In this document: in pieces, positions 52,650 through 55,317 of the stretch | Layout of the letters: each line of letters begins with the position of its first letter | Numbering within the stretch: the stretch's first letter is position 1 | Virus record (IMG/VR): IMGVR_UViG_3300021510_000001 | Coordinates: 1 to 55,317 of that record | From: a virus | Lineage: Duplodnaviria; Caudoviricetes | DNA: 55,317 bases | Strand: one strand, 5' to 3' | Position numbers and translations under genes: made by a program | The notes under the pieces: generated by a model | What the model was told of the DNA's origin: nothing | The model's database searches: none | The model's input: only the letters and a program-made list of their open reading frames with translations

Positions 52650-53380
52650 CCCTCCAATCGCAACGCACCCTTGCCGCCCATTCGGGGCGTTCCGATGTCG
52701 GCGCTGCGCCCGGCGGCATCGCCTCGGCGATAGGCCGCCACGTTGTAACTGCGCCCCTTGTCCGCGATGACCTCAGGGAACAGCTCGGCGTATCGCCGCT
52801 CCACCAGCGCGGCCCGACCGGCCAACACCAGCGCCGTTCCGTTGCCGGTACCGACATGCTCGGTGTCGTAATCCTGGGCGGCCCGCTGCTCGGCCTCGAG
52901 TAGCCGCTGGTAAACCCGCTGGGTGAAGCCGGCGAAGAATCCAGCGCGCCGAGCCCGGGTATTCGCAGCGTCGTAGCCGCCGACCTCCCGGTGCATGCCA
53001 CGCTCGGCTTGCAGCAGCAGCGAGGTGTAGAGCATGTTGACCCGCTCCCGGTCCGACGCCGCGCCCACCACCGACACCCTGGTTCTCCTGCGACCACTGC
53101 TGTAGCTCATCGTCTTGCACCCCAACGCCTTGGCGACCAGGTGCAGCAGCGAGGCCTTCTCGTAGCTGTAGGGATCCGTCATCTTGATCACGGTCTCATC
53201 GATGGTGTTGTCGATCTCGCCGGTCGCCGCCAACATCGTGCGCACGATGCCGTACTCGGCCATGAGCCTGGCGGCCATGGTCATCGCGGAATCGCGCTCC
53301 GGTTCCGGCGTCCTCTCGTGTTCGGCGCGCTCGAGCAGGGCGCGGACGCGGCGTAGAACGCTCTCACTGGGTTCGGTCAT
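52646..53380 (-). CDS. DUF2786 domain-containing protein
   Basis: LRRVRALLERAE..ERDSAMTMAARLMAEYGI; LYTSLLLQA..FFAGF. Confidence 0.8.
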   Translation of the reverse strand: MTEPSESVLRRVRALLERAEHERTPEPERDSAMTMAARLMAEYGIVRTMLAATGEIDNTIDETVIKMTDPYSYEKASLLHLVAKALGCKTMSYSSGRRRTRVSVVGAASDRERVNMLYTSLLLQAERGMHREVGGYDAANTRARRAGFFAGFTQRVYQRLLEAEQRAAQDYDTEHVGTGNGTALVLAGRAALVERRYAELFPEVIADKGRSYNVAAYRRGDAAGRSADIGTPRMGGKGALRLEG

Positions 53381-53407
53381 CGGGGAGATCTCCTCAAGCC
53401 CTGTTGG

Positions 53408-54304
53408 TCAGCCTAGCCATGTCCCGACTTTAGCCGAGTCAACTCGGTGCGTCAACTGCGAGCCTCCGCGAGGAAGCAGCGCCCCGATAATGGCCTTGGC
53501 CAACGGCGGCGGAACCGCGTCACCGATCTGCTGCTGCTGTGCAATCCGTCCACCGAACCACGGGTAGTCAAAACGAAAACCCTGAAGTTGAGCGGCTTCG
53601 GCAATCGTGAGGTTGCGAGTCGACCTGTCCGGCCACTCCCAACGATTACGGCAGCATTTCCCCGTCATCGTAAACGCAGCTCCGGACATAACCCTGCGGC
53701 CACGATTCCGAGCATTTCCGCTGGTGCCGTAGTTGGACACCAATACCGCGCCGTCCCAGCCCAGAACTTCGGCCATCGACCGCCGCGACTCGACGATCGG
53801 CAACGCGAAGAGGGATCGGCTTGCCATCAGAATCTGGCGACGACGAGTCGAGGCCACGCCGTAATCACAGGCATTCATCACGCCTGACCACGCGTGATAC
53901 CCGGCTCGTCGCAAGACGTCGGCGTCGGCAGCGAATCGAGCGGCAACCTCGCGACCGGGGGTGCATTCCCAGGCAGTCCATTCCGGACGCAATCCCAGTA
54001 CCCACCTCAACGGCTCGTGGAGTAGTTGACCGGATGCGCCGGCATATCCCCGCCGCGACCCGGCGATGGACCAATCCGGACATGGCGGAGATGCGATCAC
54101 GCCGCTGACCCGACCGACGAACGGGGCCAGTGGGTACCGGGTCACATCAACACAAATGCGCTGATGTCCAGCGGCCACCGCGGTGCGGCAGGCGTTCGGG
54201 TCGCTGTCCAGGCCGATCAGTCCACCCGAATAGCCAGCCACTCGGGCCCCCTCGTCCCAGCCGCCCGGGCCCGCGCAAAGATCGACCACGAGATCTGATG
54301 TCAT
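53408..54304 (-). CDS. DNA (cytosine-5) methyltransferase
   Basis: VDLCAGPGG, ASPPCPDWS, WECT, YGVASTRRR, AAQLQGF, QQIGDAVPP; lower GC. Confidence 0.88.
   Translation of the reverse strand: MTSDLVVDLCAGPGGWDEGARVAGYSGGLIGLDSDPNACRTAVAAGHQRICVDVTRYPLAPFVGRVSGVIASPPCPDWSIAGSRRGYAGASGQLLHEPLRWVLGLRPEWTAWECTPGREVAARFAADADVLRRAGYHAWSGVMNACDYGVASTRRRQILMASRSLFALPIVESRRSMAEVLGWDGAVLVSNYGTSGNARNRGRRVMSGAAFTMTGKCCRNRWEWPDRSTRNLTIAEAAQLQGFRFDYPWFGGRIAQQQQIGDAVPPPLAKAIIGALLPRGGSQLTHRVDSAKVGTWLG
53427..53455 (-). promoter_or_regulatory. Repeated promoter/operator, copy 8 (inside methylase 3' end)
   Basis: TTGACG-CACCGAGTTGACTCGGC-TAAAGT. Confidence 0.85.
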
Positions 54305-54362
54305 TCCCCGCCCTTTCGTTGAAAATCTGAGTGTATCCGAGTCAATCCGGCTCGAGAAGCTA

Positions 54363-54391
54363 TTGACGCGCCGAGTTGACTCGGCTACGGT
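54363..54391 (+). promoter_or_regulatory. Repeated promoter/operator, copy 9 (rightward)
   Basis: TTGACG-CGCCGAGTTGACTCGGC-TACGGT; extra operator-like CCGAGTCAATCCGG at ~54337-54350. Confidence 0.85.
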
Positions 54392-54433
54392 CAAGGGGCA
54401 CCGATCGCCTCACTTCCCCTCGGAGGCCCCACA

Positions 54434-54673
54434 ATGACCCTCAGTCAGCTCACCGCGATCAGCATCGCCACCCTGCCCGTCGGTAGCCGTTTCGGCGACC
54501 AGGGCGCCCTGGTCGAGCGCACCGCCGTGGGCGACTGGCGTTTCCGCAGCGGCGACCACGATGTGGCGCTGCGCCGTGGAAACCGGACCTGGCTGATCGA
54601 GGACCACGACGTTCCGGTCGGCACCACGTCGCACCTGTTCGACGCGGTCAACCTGGCCTTCGGCGTTCTGTAA
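54434..54673 (+). CDS. Hypothetical protein
   Basis: GGAGG RBS after promoter copy 9. Confidence 0.7.
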   Translation: MTLSQLTAISIATLPVGSRFGDQGALVERTAVGDWRFRSGDHDVALRRGNRTWLIEDHDVPVGTTSHLFDAVNLAFGVL

Positions 54674-54733
54674 ACCCGCGAGCCTCGCCACCCTCGACTG
54701 CACTACCTGGCCGGCCGGGGGTGGCGATTCCAT

Positions 54734-54762
54734 TTGACGAACCGAGTTGACTCGGCTAGATT
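54734..54762 (+). promoter_or_regulatory. Repeated promoter/operator, copy 10 (rightward)
   Basis: TTGACG-AACCGAGTTGACTCGGC-TAGATT. Confidence 0.85.
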
Positions 54763-54785
54763 GAGCGTTGACCGAGGAGGCCACC

Positions 54786-54986
54786 GTGGCGAACCCGCCG
54801 AAGATCACCTGCGCGCAGAACCCCGACGCGTCGGTGCACGTGCTCAACGACGCCGACGGGCTGTGCCTGCTGTCGGTGAACAACGACACCGACCAGCGGG
54901 TATCCGTCACCCTGCGCGGCGCCGAGCTGGACCAGCTCGAGGACACCATCGCCGAGATCCGCGCCCGCCGGGGGTGGGTGCGGTGA
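54786..54986 (+). CDS. Hypothetical protein
   Basis: GAGGAGG RBS before GTG 54786. Confidence 0.65.
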   Translation: MANPPKITCAQNPDASVHVLNDADGLCLLSVNNDTDQRVSVTLRGAELDQLEDTIAEIRARRGWVR

Positions 54987-55317
54987 ACGACTTCATCCAA
55001 AAGGGCGCCCAAGTTCTGCTTTACAGGTTCGAAATCCACAGCCAAAACCCCTACCCGCAGGTAGTCACGGTGACCAAGGTCTTCACGAAGACGTTCGAGG
55101 TCGATCGACTGCCCAGCATCAAGTTTCATATTCGGAGCCTCACATCTGTGGGTTGGGGCAGCTACGCGGTAACCGCCGTTGACTCAGATAAGGCAGGCGA
55201 ACTGTGGGAGCTTCACCGCCGGGAATCGGCGAAGAGCGCCGCGATGACAGCCGTTGATCACTGGAACACCGGGCATCGCCACGGTGACCTCGCCGCGTTG
55301 GATGAGGCGATCACAAC
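54983..55317 (+). CDS. Hypothetical protein, truncated by the window edge
   Basis: GTGA overlap; open to the end (MNDFIQKGAQVLLYRFE...). Confidence 0.6.
   Translation, partial: MNDFIQKGAQVLLYRFEIHSQNPYPQVVTVTKVFTKTFEVDRLPSIKFHIRSLTSVGWGSYAVTAVDSDKAGELWELHRRESAKSAAMTAVDHWNTGHRHGDLAALDEAIT

Noticed and set aside
43785-54762. Repeated 25-29 bp palindromic motif considered as a CRISPR array
   Set aside because: Copies are hundreds to thousands of bp apart, occur in both orientations, match -35/-10 geometry, and no cas genes are present.
54410-55129. 239-aa minus-strand ORF
   Set aside because: It is antisense to three + strand genes that have RBSs and dedicated promoters.

Overview
High-GC actinobacterial (actinomycete-type) myovirus-like phage or prophage/phage-plasmid segment. 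Positions ~180-35900 hold a minus-strand virion and lysis operon: portal, MuF-like head protein, a 2H-phosphoesterase-containing head protein, giant prohead protease fusion, HK97 capsid, neck, tail sheath and tube, frameshifted chaperone, tape measure, baseplate, fibres, amidase and holin. This operon carries two inteins, two free-standing HNH endonucleases and an inverted fibre/lectin cassette. Positions ~36000-43800 hold a Streptomyces-plasmid/AICE-like conjugation module (GntR Kor-like repressor, Spd-like membrane proteins, FtsK-like TraB, clt-like GTCTCG repeats). Positions ~43300-55317 hold small early genes driven by ten copies of a promoter with a palindromic operator in its spacer. The most striking feature is the MuF intein (32528-33499). 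It has no in-frame endonuclease, but almost its whole length encodes, on the opposite strand, an HTH-HTH-Vsr/DUF559-like endonuclease with its own candidate promoter and RBS. All family assignments come from motif recognition by eye, not from database searches.
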